64,000 bases of DNA, taken from NCBI GenBank assembly GCA_963733675.1, contig CAVTET010000001.1, positions 64,001 to 128,000 of the forward strand, written 5' to 3'. Of the stretch, positions 12,167 to 22,594 are shown piece after piece. The notes beneath the pieces are model-generated. The model saw only the letters and a list, made by a program, of their open reading frames with translations, ran no database searches and was not told the origin of the DNA. The DNA is from an uncultured Methanosarcinaceae archaeon. Lineage in GTDB: Archaea > Halobacteriota > Methanosarcinia > Methanosarcinales > Methanosarcinaceae. Every line of letters starts with the position of its first letter. Position 1 is the first letter of the stretch. A program made the translations under genes and the position numbers.

Positions 12167-13129
12167 TTACTCTTTTGTAGAGAATTTCACATCTCCTTTT
12201 TCGATAAGGAGTTTAAGGTCTTCCAGGCTCAAACGAGCGTTTTTATGGAGCTTTTCGCGAGCATCGCTATGTTTTTGATTTACTTTGTGCTCATCTTTAG
12301 TGAGCTGCACGTCCTTCAACCTGTCAAGATATAGGGAGATCTCATTCCGACTGCTATCAATATTCGTTTTAAGTGGGTCAATTTTTTCCTTGATTTTATT
12401 TATATTTGTGATGTTTTCTGCAAGCTGGGCGTGGTACATATTTGCTTCTTTTCGAATTTCGTCAGCAGACTTGAAATTTTCGAGCATTTCTAAGTGGCAT
12501 ACCTGAGATTCGTCAGAGAGTGCCTGGATTTTTTCATGGAACTCATCCCCCTCTTTATGGATTCCCTTAGATTCTTTATAACTTTCCTGAATTTGTGCGT
12601 GCAATTCATTTGCCTTTTTTGCAGCTTCAAGGCGTTTGCTGAGGTCATTCAATTTCTGGAATATCTTAATTTCCACTACAAGAAGAAGCTCTTTATTAAG
12701 GAAAGAATCGAGCTCAGCTTCATAAATATTTGAGATAGATCCCATACTTCCATGGGAAAATTTATTGCACTCATCCCGTTGTTCTTTGAGTCCCGCAATT
12801 CCTGAAAACAATTCTTGTGTCTTCGAGTTTACCCCACTTCTTTTTTCCTTATACTTGCCAATTGCCCTGTTAATCTCGTCCCGTCTACGTCTGAGTTCCT
12901 GCGCTTTTGCAACCTTTTCTTTTACCTGCTGGTTCAAAAGGTCTCTCTTTTCCTTCAGTTCGTCTACATCAGTTCTATTTATTTTCAGTTCTTTAAATAT
13001 CGAAGCTAACTGATGTTCGCTTTTCTCTATCCTGCTTCTGATTTCGTTTACCTTTAACTTCAGCTCCCGTTCGCTAAGGTTTGAAAGGTCGGCCGTTGCA
13101 ATTTCTGTGGTTGAAACGTCGTTGTCCAT
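12167..13129 (-). CDS. Archaeal coiled-coil protein (COG1340-like)
   Basis: Continuous heptad pattern; C-terminal LSLEDLKLL motif. Confidence 0.7.
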   Translation of the reverse strand: MDNDVSTTEIATADLSNLSERELKLKVNEIRSRIEKSEHQLASIFKELKINRTDVDELKEKRDLLNQQVKEKVAKAQELRRRRDEINRAIGKYKEKRSGVNSKTQELFSGIAGLKEQRDECNKFSHGSMGSISNIYEAELDSFLNKELLLVVEIKIFQKLNDLSKRLEAAKKANELHAQIQESYKESKGIHKEGDEFHEKIQALSDESQVCHLEMLENFKSADEIRKEANMYHAQLAENITNINKIKEKIDPLKTNIDSSRNEISLYLDRLKDVQLTKDEHKVNQKHSDAREKLHKNARLSLEDLKLLIEKGDVKFSTKE

Positions 13130-13160
13130 GTACTACCACTCGCATGTTTTCGAAAAATAA

Positions 13161-13784
13161 TTATTTTTTCAATTTTTCCCAGTAATCCAGGGCTTCTTCG
13201 TGATTTTTTATTTTGCTATTGAGCAATTTGTGCTGAGATTTACTTTTAGAAATCTCTTCATCTTTGATGCTATCATCTTCTTCAAACTGTTTTTCAGATT
13301 CTACTATTCCTTTTAGTTCGAGATTTGAATTCCTGGCTTCCTCTAATCTAACTTGGATTTGTAGAAGAAGATTTTCTTCAAACTCAGTTACCCGAAAAGT
13401 TTCACGCAGGTTTTCTATAAATAAGTCCTTAAGTTTCTGTTCCTCTTCAGGTTCTATCTGGCCTTTGAGTTTTTTAATCTCTTCCTTGAGTTTATTGGCA
13501 GTTATTTGGTTGAGTTTCGGGAACATTTCCTTTTCAAGCAATGCTTCTGCTTGATGGTAAAACTGTTGCCGTTTCTCCGTCAGGATTTCTTTTCTCTCCA
13601 TAAACTTGATTCTGGAATTCTTTAAATTTTTAGCGCCCTCTTCGATTTGGTTCAATTTGCTGGTTAGTTCTTCGAATTCCTTTCTATCATCTTCCAGAAA
13701 CCTTCTGTGTTTTTCCACAACTGCTGATATCAGCTCCTCTTCTGTTAGCACTCTGATCCCAATTTTTTCGGTTTTTTCATTCAC
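13161..13784 (-). CDS. Hypothetical coiled-coil protein
   Basis: E/K-rich ORF ending HEEALDYWEK; 31 bp upstream of the COG1340-like gene. Confidence 0.75.
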   Translation of the reverse strand: MNEKTEKIGIRVLTEEELISAVVEKHRRFLEDDRKEFEELTSKLNQIEEGAKNLKNSRIKFMERKEILTEKRQQFYHQAEALLEKEMFPKLNQITANKLKEEIKKLKGQIEPEEEQKLKDLFIENLRETFRVTEFEENLLLQIQVRLEEARNSNLELKGIVESEKQFEEDDSIKDEEISKSKSQHKLLNSKIKNHEEALDYWEKLKK

Positions 13785-13913
13785 GGTATCACAATCTGTA
13801 ATTTACGTTCTATAACTAAGTTATTATCTTCCGATCTATTCCAGCCTGGAAAACTAAATCAACTAATTTCTGCCGAATTTTGGCTTTCAGGTATCCTTCC
13901 GACAGTATCTTTA

Positions 13914-14204
13914 TTAAATTCTGAAAATCTGGGCATGGGGTACATAATCGATCATTATCACGGAATTCGGATCAATAAACCCGCACTTTATGGCGCATTG
14001 GATAGTTTTTTCCCCAAAGAGATTTACAATCGTGGCTCCCTGAATAGATTTTTGCAGTTCTTCCTCTGAGACATATGTCTCTCCATAAAAGGCCTTGCTA
14101 ATCTCCACTATAGAGTTGCCATGTTTTAGTTTTTTTCCAAGCACTTCCTTATCACAGGCTGCAATAAGAATGTGCTCTCCATTTTTATAGATCTTTAGAT
14201 ACAT
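13914..14204 (-). CDS. DUF424 family protein
   Basis: LIAACDKEVLGK..FYG..ATIVNLFGE..PHAQ. Confidence 0.85.
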   Translation of the reverse strand: MYLKIYKNGEHILIAACDKEVLGKKLKHGNSIVEISKAFYGETYVSEEELQKSIQGATIVNLFGEKTIQCAIKCGFIDPNSVIMIDYVPHAQIFRI

Positions 14205-14328
14205 ATTCTACATCCCAGTAGTATTTACAGCTTGATCGTGTTCACATAGTTTTTATGTGTGGTATTTTTCTCTGGGGTTTGGGAAGATTTTTTAGACTTA
14301 GTTTTTGGAGTTTCACTCAATCTAAAAA

Positions 14329-16437
14329 TCAGTTGACGAGTCTTATATGTTTTTGATCTGGAGAAAGAATGTCTCCTCCCTGCTTCATTTTCTTGATATA
14401 CTCTTCTGCATGAGTTCTATTTATTCCATGTTTGCTTTCAGCTTCTGTATACACTTCTTCTAATGGAGCTCCTTCTTTTCCGGGATATCTCTCACTTACC
14501 TTTTTAATTATGTCTCTAAGGGCTTTTATCTTGTTCCTTTGGCTCATGCTTGTGCCAGATGCAATTATATCTGCATCAAGAGCTCCTGTATCAGGATCAA
14601 TACCTACGTTTTTCAGGCAATTCATAACGATTTTGATAGTTCTTTCTGCATCCTCTAGAGTGACTGTATTGCTCAGGCGGACTCTTGCACTCGCTTCCGA
14701 CAGACGGACAAGGGCTTCAAGCTGTCTGGCTGTCACAGGTACTGGTGTATCTTTGCCTTCTCCTGTTTTTCGAAGATCTGTATAAAATTTCATTAGGCGA
14801 TCACGTGCGTTGCCCTCCATCACCGGGAAAACATTTTTACGAGCATATGCAACATATTTTTGCATGATTTCAGGGTCTATGATAGGTTCGATAACTTCCA
14901 TTTCGGCTTCGACTAAATCTTCCGTAATATGGGAACCAGGAAGTTTTTGACGCTGTTCGAAAAGTTCTCCTGCATAATGAGACTGAAGAATGTGGTTTGC
15001 AATCCTGCTGTCTAGAGCATGGTTCGGGGTATCAAGCAAAACAAAGATAAGGTCAAAACGAGAGAGCAGAGCTGGAGGCATGTTGATTTGTTCTGCAAGG
15101 CCTTCATAACGGTCAAAACGTCCATATTTTGGATTTGCAGCTCCTAGAAGAGCGCAACGAGACTTAAGAGTAGCAATAATCCCGGCCTTGGCTATACTTA
15201 TAGTCTGCTGCTCCATTGCCTCGTGCAGGGCGCTCTTATCCTCTGACTTCATTTTGTCCATTTCATCAACTGCAGCAACTCCCATATCTGCCATGACAAG
15301 GGCTCCTCCTTCGATTGTCCATCTCCCGTCATTCAGATCATCTTTTACGGCAGCTGCAGTCAACCCGCTTGCAGATGCACTCCGTCCTGAAGTAAAGACT
15401 CCCCTTGGGGAGAGTTTGACCACATATCGTAGGAGCTGGCTTTTTGCAATTCCAGGGTCTCCTACAAGCATCACATGAATATCTCCTCGTATCCTGGAAC
15501 CATCCGGAAGATTTTTCACCACTCCTGAAAATAATTGGAGGGAGAGGGCTTCTTTTATGTCCTCGTACCCATAGATTGAAGGTGCAACAGAACTAACAAT
15601 TTTGTTGTAGATTGCAGGGTCACTGGAAAGTTCAAGAATCTTTACTTCGTCTTCTACAGTTATTTCGAGTTCGTCATAATCCCTATCCAGGCGTTCGATA
15701 GAACTTGCTTGGAGTACAAGGTCATAGAAGGTAGATTTCCCATCTTTTAAAGTACGTTGGACAGATTTCAAGATCCCATTAATTATGACCCTATCCCCAG
15801 GAGTGACATTTCCTGTTAGATCGTCATCAGAATCAATTTCCAGACTCTGTGGCTGAGACCCTCCTTTGAGATTTTCGGGTGATTCCTGAATCTGGAGTTT
15901 TTGGGCATCGAGAAAAGTAGATTCCTCTATTATAACTTTAAAAGGTCCTTTCTTTCCACAATTTTCATCTTCACAGCCTGCAAAGGGCTCCTCAAATTTG
16001 AAGCTGCTTTGCTCCACAAAGGTCATATGCCCGCACCTGAGACACTGGAAAGCAGCTTTCGTAATCCTTGGCCTGACCTCAGTAGCTTTTCTTATCATAC
16101 CTTCAATAGCAACAAAGCGTGAAAGATGTTTACTTCTTAAATTTCTTATTGGTATCTTATTCGGAATTTTTATTATCCTTACATGAGCCTGTTCGAGGTT
16201 TTTTTCTACAGGGAGGTCTATTTCCTTCAGTGCAATCTCAGCAGCTTTTAGAAGTTCTCCAGGATGCTCAAGAAACTCTTTTGAAAGCTCTCTGTCAAAT
16301 TTCTCTATATCTGTAAAATCCACACCAAGGCTTCTCTGGTCAGGATACTCGTTTGCAAGCTGGAGAATTTCATTCCAATAATAGTCCTTAAAAAATTTTT
16401 TTAGCTTTTCTTCCCACTTGCTTTCTGTTTCAGTCAT
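14329..16437 (-). CDS. mcm: Replicative helicase MCM
   Basis: Zn finger CxxC..CxxxxC, GDPGIAKSQ, VDEMDKM, LLSRFDL and TARQLE; start taken at MTETE (16437); no intein seen. Confidence 0.97.
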   Translation of the reverse strand: MTETESKWEEKLKKFFKDYYWNEILQLANEYPDQRSLGVDFTDIEKFDRELSKEFLEHPGELLKAAEIALKEIDLPVEKNLEQAHVRIIKIPNKIPIRNLRSKHLSRFVAIEGMIRKATEVRPRITKAAFQCLRCGHMTFVEQSSFKFEEPFAGCEDENCGKKGPFKVIIEESTFLDAQKLQIQESPENLKGGSQPQSLEIDSDDDLTGNVTPGDRVIINGILKSVQRTLKDGKSTFYDLVLQASSIERLDRDYDELEITVEDEVKILELSSDPAIYNKIVSSVAPSIYGYEDIKEALSLQLFSGVVKNLPDGSRIRGDIHVMLVGDPGIAKSQLLRYVVKLSPRGVFTSGRSASASGLTAAAVKDDLNDGRWTIEGGALVMADMGVAAVDEMDKMKSEDKSALHEAMEQQTISIAKAGIIATLKSRCALLGAANPKYGRFDRYEGLAEQINMPPALLSRFDLIFVLLDTPNHALDSRIANHILQSHYAGELFEQRQKLPGSHITEDLVEAEMEVIEPIIDPEIMQKYVAYARKNVFPVMEGNARDRLMKFYTDLRKTGEGKDTPVPVTARQLEALVRLSEASARVRLSNTVTLEDAERTIKIVMNCLKNVGIDPDTGALDADIIASGTSMSQRNKIKALRDIIKKVSERYPGKEGAPLEEVYTEAESKHGINRTHAEEYIKKMKQGGDILSPDQKHIRLVN

Positions 16438-16597
16438 ATTATTCTCGGAACTATTTTGACTTTTATGTAAAACTCTCTTTTTCAAACTGGTTTTGCACAA
16501 AATAATTCAAAAAATTGGAAAAAACGATAATAAAATCTAATGTAAGAACATGCTTATTCTCATATGAACTTTTCCATGTTTTACTGATTTTCTATTC

Positions 16598-17326
16598 CTA
16601 GCTTTCAGATTCTTTTATTGAGCATCCCATTTTTCTCTCTATTTTCCTTATTATACCCCTCAAAGTTTGAACTTCCCTTGGAGTCAGACCAGCTCTTCCG
16701 AATATTCTCCGTAGCATAAGAGAAGTTTTGTTCTTTTTGTGGAAAGGATAGTCTATTTTCTCCAACAGTTCTTCCAAGTGCCCGTAAAGAAGCTGCAGGT
16801 CAAACCCATCTGCAAGCGGATTGTTTCCTCCTCCCAGCTCCGAAAGTTCGTAAAGTACAACTGTAACTGCATGGGAAAGATTCATTATGGGATATATTTC
16901 AGAGGTTGGAACCGTAATGAGCATATCAAAATTTTTTAGTTCATCGTTTCGGAAGCCATGGTTTTCTCTCCCAAAAATAATGGAAGCAATCCCTCTATAC
17001 TCTTTGAGTTTCTCTTTGAGTTCTCTAGATGTATAAAGCGGAAGGCGGATGTGTTCTCCTGCCTTAAGGCTAGAAACTCCAGTGGTTCCTATCAGCAGGT
17101 TTGAACCTTTTACGGCATCATCAAAACTTGAGGTAACCAGTGCACCTTCAAGAATATCTCTTGCATGAGATGCCATTGCTCTTGCTTCTCCTTCTAGTTT
17201 GCAGGGATTTACCAGCACTAGGTTAGTATATCCAAAGTTCTTCATTGCTCTTGCAACAGATCCGATATTTCCCTGGTATATGGGTTCTACAAGCACTACA
17301 CGGATATCAAGTGACAAATATCTCAA
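16598..17326 (-). CDS. SPOUT tRNA methyltransferase, TrmJ/TrmH family
   Basis: VVLVEP..GNIGSVARAMKNFG, IFGRE and YPIMNLSHAV. Confidence 0.9.
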   Translation of the reverse strand: MRYLSLDIRVVLVEPIYQGNIGSVARAMKNFGYTNLVLVNPCKLEGEARAMASHARDILEGALVTSSFDDAVKGSNLLIGTTGVSSLKAGEHIRLPLYTSRELKEKLKEYRGIASIIFGRENHGFRNDELKNFDMLITVPTSEIYPIMNLSHAVTVVLYELSELGGGNNPLADGFDLQLLYGHLEELLEKIDYPFHKKNKTSLMLRRIFGRAGLTPREVQTLRGIIRKIERKMGCSIKESES

Positions 17327-18435
17327 TCCTTTTTTTGAAATCAGTTATTAAGGGAGATTTCATTTCCATAAAGACAGTCACAAAAATTCTGTACCCCAGG
17401 CAGTAAGATAAATCCTTCAAAAAAATACCTTCTTTTTACTTTTTCTATGGAATAAATGCGGGTCTCTCGGGCAAACAGCTTTGTATTTCCCATAGCTTGT
17501 ACATTTTTTTTTCTATCAATATAAATTTTAGTCGCTTATTTTTATGGATTGATATTTGAGAAGACCTAAATGTCTTTAGATCCCTTAATGTTTACTTTGA
17601 CCCCATAATATCATATTCTCTAGCAAGTGTATTTTTGAATTTAACTTTCCTTTCATCTTCATAAGCTAATCCATTATTCTCTCCACGAAAGTTAAAATTA
17701 GTGCATTAGAGCTTTATATGACTAATTAATCACTTTATTTTTTTGAAAATTTAATTATCTTTCTCAAGACTCTATTATTGTCTAGTTTGTATGTTAAGTT
17801 TGCTTTTCAAGTTTATTTGTTGATATCTTATATTCTTATTCTTCTTTTTCCCTGAATATAGAGGATTCGATAAACTTCTAAATTTAGTCGTACAGTTGTA
17901 AATTATCTATAAATGACTATTGAAAATCAAAGATTTATCAAAATCCGCCAAATAAATGGGTTTGAAGGAGGAAAAAAAAATCTTCAAAGACTTCATAAGG
18001 TAAATTAGACTAAAACATAAAGCTTCTGATGCACTTCGTTATTAAAAAATCTCCATATTTTCTCTCTAGCATATAATATGGATATATCCTAAAATAGAAT
18101 AGAGGTTAAAAGATTGTATTGATACTGTATTACAATCAACATTCTGCAGATGCATACATATGTATAATTTGTTTGCCCATTTTCCAACTATTATCTATTG
18201 GAAGCTAGATCAATTATTTAAGGTACGTCGTATTGAGAAAATAGGTGGTCTTCTGGTGTAAATATGCGAAAATTGAATGAAGTGAGTGATAAAACAACAA
18301 ATATATTATACACAAACAAATAATACTTTTACTGCTTCTTTGAACTATACATGTGATACGTGAAACGCGAATTTAAGTTTTCGAATCTCAATTGTTTAAT
18401 TACATCATTTTATAGCATTAATACAAAATTTCGGC

Positions 18436-19704
18436 ATGAGTATGACTACAAATATGGAAAGGATCCCAATAGCTTTCGGGAATAGGGTAATTGAGCTGGA
18501 AATTCCTGAAAAGAATCTCTTCAGCATTATATTGCCTTCAGAACCTGAAAAAAGAGAAGAAGCAGCTGTTTTGATCAAAAAAGCGCTTGAAAATCCCATC
18601 AAAAGCAGGCGCCTCTCGGAGATTGTTGACCCAAATACCAGAATCGCAATCATCGTTAGCGATGTAACAAGGCCAACTCCTACTGCGAAAATTCTTCCCT
18701 CTCTGCTTGAAGAGCTTTATATGGGTGGAGCAAAGGACGAGAACATAAGCATTATCTTTGCTCTCGGGCTTCACCGCAAGCTAACTGAAGAGGAGTCAAA
18801 AAAAATTGTCGGAGAGGAGATATATAAAAAAATATTATGTATCCAGCATGACACTCACAGATGCCAACGTATTGGTGTGACTTCACGTGGAACTCCTGTA
18901 GAAATATTTGAAGGCGTTATAGATGCGGATATTATTGTAGGAACCGCAAATATTGAGTTTCATTATTATGCAGGGTACAGCGGAGGAGCAAAGTCAGTTC
19001 TTCCGGGTATAAGTTCGCAAGAATCCGTGATCACAAATCATAAAATGATGTTTGACGAAAACTCTATTTCCGGAAGAGTGGACGGTGCTGTCAGGCAAGA
19101 TATGGAAGAAGCCGCAAAAATATTTGGCCTTGACTATATCCTTAATGTGGTGCTTGATAGCAAAAAAGAGATAGTTACTGCAGTTGCTGGGAATTTTATC
19201 GAGGCCCACAGAAAAGGGACTGAATGTGTGGATTCCATGTATAAGGTACCTGTGGAACCTGCTGACGCAGTTATAGTTTCTTGTGGTGGCTTTCCAAAGG
19301 ATGTCAACCTTTTCCAGGCAACTAAGGCTCTTGATAACGCAACCAAGGCAGTAAAGGAGGGTGGTTTCATTATCCTTGTGGCTGAATGCGCAGAGGGAAT
19401 CGGAAATCAAGTATATGAGTGCTGGAATAAAGAATGTCAGAGTCCTGAGGATGCAATCGAGCGTTTTAAAAATTGTTTTGAGTTTGGAGGGCATAAGAGT
19501 GCAATTGTTGCAAAAATTTCAAAAAAATTCAAAATTTACCTGATATCAAAACTCTCTCAAGAACAAACTAGGACTGCGTTCTTTACTCCAATGCCAAACT
19601 TGAAAGAAGCTCTTTCTGTAGTCCTTTTCGAAAAACCTGATGCAAAGATTCATCTGATGCCTTACGGGGGGCAGACACTGCCATTCAAAAAAGATTTCAA
19701 TTGA
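18436..19704 (+). CDS. larA: Nickel-pincer-dependent lactate racemase (LarA) family protein
   Basis: SDVTRP, ALGLHR, HYYAGYSGG and GGFPKDVNLFQ; substrate unknown. Confidence 0.82.
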   Translation: MSMTTNMERIPIAFGNRVIELEIPEKNLFSIILPSEPEKREEAAVLIKKALENPIKSRRLSEIVDPNTRIAIIVSDVTRPTPTAKILPSLLEELYMGGAKDENISIIFALGLHRKLTEEESKKIVGEEIYKKILCIQHDTHRCQRIGVTSRGTPVEIFEGVIDADIIVGTANIEFHYYAGYSGGAKSVLPGISSQESVITNHKMMFDENSISGRVDGAVRQDMEEAAKIFGLDYILNVVLDSKKEIVTAVAGNFIEAHRKGTECVDSMYKVPVEPADAVIVSCGGFPKDVNLFQATKALDNATKAVKEGGFIILVAECAEGIGNQVYECWNKECQSPEDAIERFKNCFEFGGHKSAIVAKISKKFKIYLISKLSQEQTRTAFFTPMPNLKEALSVVLFEKPDAKIHLMPYGGQTLPFKKDFN

Positions 19705-20024
19705 TACGCTCTCTTGAGCTTATTTTTAAGTTTTAAACTTAGATTTTTTGAAACACTGAGGGTTATATTAAGAAACATTCGTGGTATTCTTTGAGTAACA
19801 TCTTTAAATGTATTTTTTTACAAACATAGTTTATAATTATCAAAAAAATATATATGTACTATTTTGTCTAAATAAATTTCACAACTATATATTTCTTTTG
19901 ATCAACTTGATTGGCACATAAGGATAGAGCAGAATACTAAAGAGGATTTCGATAATCCTCTGATTTGCAAGGGTCATATATATAATTTATGAACATGTGA
20001 TAAAAGTTCTTTCCACTATGTTCA

Positions 20025-20200
20025 TAAAGTGGATCTGAAGATGTTGTGTACACCTTTTTGTTATATATCTCTTTCAGTTAATTACATTGAAAATAAAAGG
20101 GATATTTTTTGGATAGTTGAAGTAATCTTTAAAATCAAATAATAATGAACACGAAAAAATAGACTCAACTGAAGAAATTTGTGGGAAAGATTTGGACATT
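20025..20200 (+). mobile_element. 3'-end remnant of an IS5-family element
   Basis: Similar to 52170-52340 (ATCTGAAGATGTTGTGTAC..CATTGAAA..AAAAGGG..GTGGGAAAGAT). Confidence 0.55.
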
Positions 20201-20344
20201 ATTTCCGCGAAAAATGGAATCAGAGGTAACTCGGAATCTTCTATATCTGGAGCTTGCTATACATAGAATAGCAATGAGAACAAAAAAAGAATAAAAAGAT
20301 TGGGAAAAGGAAAGTAAAGTACATTTAAAAAAGGGCAACTGCCT

Positions 20345-21310
20345 TTATACATGCCTTATTTCGAAAGATTGAAACAAAATTTCGGGATAAATTTCACCGC
20401 TCGAGATTGTTTTTTTGTTTTTAAGGTCGTTTACATTAAGCCTAGCAGGCGCAAAAATACCCTCATCAACCTTATAAAAGTCAAACCCTGCTTCTTTGAA
20501 GGTCTGATAAAATGGTTTCCCGAAATGGTGGGAATTTATAGAAGGTACCTTCTGTACGAATTCTTCAAGTTCGGCCAGTTCTCCGTTAAAGCACAATGTA
20601 TAGTTTGTTTCGCCGCCGTAAATCACACAGTCATTGGTTGAACCCATGCACTGAATATCGTTTCCGACTATCGGGGCAATGGGAGCAATGCCGTAGCCGC
20701 TCTTAATGCAGTTGATGTCAAAGCCAATTGACTTGAGTTTGTGGATTCCAGCTTCCACGACACGGGCCGAAATTTGGACAGAGCCGGCAATAGAGGCTGT
20801 GGGAGCAACTGCAATCATCACGTTTTCAGGATCCACGCTGCAGTGCTTTGCAATGTAATCGACAACTCTTTCATCAGGTAGTCTATTGGATTCTATGAAC
20901 AGAATTGCAGCTTGGAAGTCATCGTGATATCCTATCTCTTTATAGAGTTCTCTGGGTTTTAAGGCGAGTGCACGCGCAGGACCTGACCCCATTCCGAAGT
21001 AATCTCCGACAGAGATCCTCCAGCCTGCATACTGGGAAGCCATACAAGCAATTACCGGATTGTCAGTTGCTATCTGAATGGCAGGCCACTTGAGACCTTT
21101 CAGATCAAAGGTGGTATATTGTAGGTCAGCAAGGTCAGCTAAGCAGAGTCTCGCCAGGTACAGCCCGGCTTCATATCCCCCATCTTCTTTAACTCCGCAG
21201 TCAATAACTGTAGCCCCATTTTTGAGCTTTGTAACTTCGGTGTTTAGGTCTTCGCTCCAGTCGAGCATTTCTTCCATGACATATGATCCCATTTCGTTGA
21301 CACTTATCAA
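20345..21310 (-). CDS. mch: Methenyl-H4MPT cyclohydrolase
   Basis: [41 protein letters not shown] and FAPA; TTG start. Confidence 0.96.
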   Translation of the reverse strand: MISVNEMGSYVMEEMLDWSEDLNTEVTKLKNGATVIDCGVKEDGGYEAGLYLARLCLADLADLQYTTFDLKGLKWPAIQIATDNPVIACMASQYAGWRISVGDYFGMGSGPARALALKPRELYKEIGYHDDFQAAILFIESNRLPDERVVDYIAKHCSVDPENVMIAVAPTASIAGSVQISARVVEAGIHKLKSIGFDINCIKSGYGIAPIAPIVGNDIQCMGSTNDCVIYGGETNYTLCFNGELAELEEFVQKVPSINSHHFGKPFYQTFKEAGFDFYKVDEGIFAPARLNVNDLKNKKTISSGEIYPEILFQSFEIRHV

Positions 21311-21739
21311 GGTATCACCCTTCTGGTTCTGGATGAACAGAAATAATGTTGTTAGCCAATATATTTTTATCAGACTTTACATCTTGAATATAATTTTTTA
21401 TAGACCTGAAAGCCATTTGTTAGTCATGGATACTTTTTAATTAGAATGGCTTGCAGATCAACAAATCTCCTAGTAATCGGCAACAGTTTACTTAGATGGA
21501 TTTTGCTCATTCAATGAGGTTAACTACAATATTATTTTGGAGTTTTGTCCAATCAATCAGGGTTAACGACCATATTATATATAAAAAGATATTAGCCGAC
21601 AAGATTATTTCCGGAGTTCTATATACTGATTCTTTTCTGTAATTTTTATCTATATAAGAAGAATTAACATTTAACTATTATTATATTATTCTAATTAGAT
21701 TATAAAGATACGGTCATTTCTTCTTACTATACACTTGAC

Positions 21740-22330
21740 ATTAAGGTTTACTTTCTCCCTTTTCAGTTCTTGTGAGGTCTTTATCTCACTTTTTCAGGAA
21801 CTTATGTCAAATAAGTTGTGTTTCCCTCAATAATTATTTCATCACCGATTTTTATCCCTTCTTCTAGGAGCCTCACTGCCGTAACCTTCAGTTTCGGATA
21901 AAAATTCACAACCATTCCCATAGCCAGACGTTTCTTTCTGGAAGTATTCATATCCTTTCCAGAAGAAAAATCATCGAGACTCGGAATCCCAAGGTAAAAG
22001 CATATAGAAAAGGTACTATTATAAACAGAGGAAAGTTCTAGTTTCCAGATCTCTACTTTTTTCAGATGATAATTTCCTTCTCTTAAGGCGTCGATAGCTT
22101 CCATATAGCAATTGGAAACAACTTCAAGATAACATGGATCTCGCAACTATCCTCCCACCTTAAAGGAATTTATTCCAGCTTTAATAAGCTCTGGAATTTG
22201 CTCTATAAAGCAAATATTTTTACACTAAGAAGATATTTTCCCAGAATCTCTGTACCAACTCCGTTTCCCCCAGTGAGCCTCCATTCCTATCTATATGGTT
22301 AGATGAACTCTCCACAGTTTCCGGATTTGC
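21740..22330 (-). pseudogene. U32 peptidase-family gene, C-terminal remnant
   Basis: Fragments CFIEQIPELIKAGINSFK.GG and RDPxYLEVV..Y.EAID..GIKIGDEIIIEGNTTY, broken by frameshifts and stops. Confidence 0.7.
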
Positions 22331-22594
22331 CTATAATTTTAAACAATTGAAAAAATTAAAATAAATACAGTTTTAAAATTATTTGCGTGCAATCAATGTA
22401 TTATGAATTCAAATCTAATTTAATAATGTTTCAGAGTTAACTGGTAACGAAGCCTCAAGATAAACTCTATAAAAATAAGAGAATGAACTCACTAGTTAAA
22501 GTTTCCTAAAAAAATTCGGAGAACATATACTTTCTCTATTAGGTATTGCTTCTTCCTCCCAGTTTATATGTAGGCAAAAAAATAGTTGCATGAT

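Noticed and set aside
17390-17720. Possible gene remnants in spacers (also ~31520-31860 and ~63220-63560)
   Set aside because: Coding-like composition but no family could be recognised by eye
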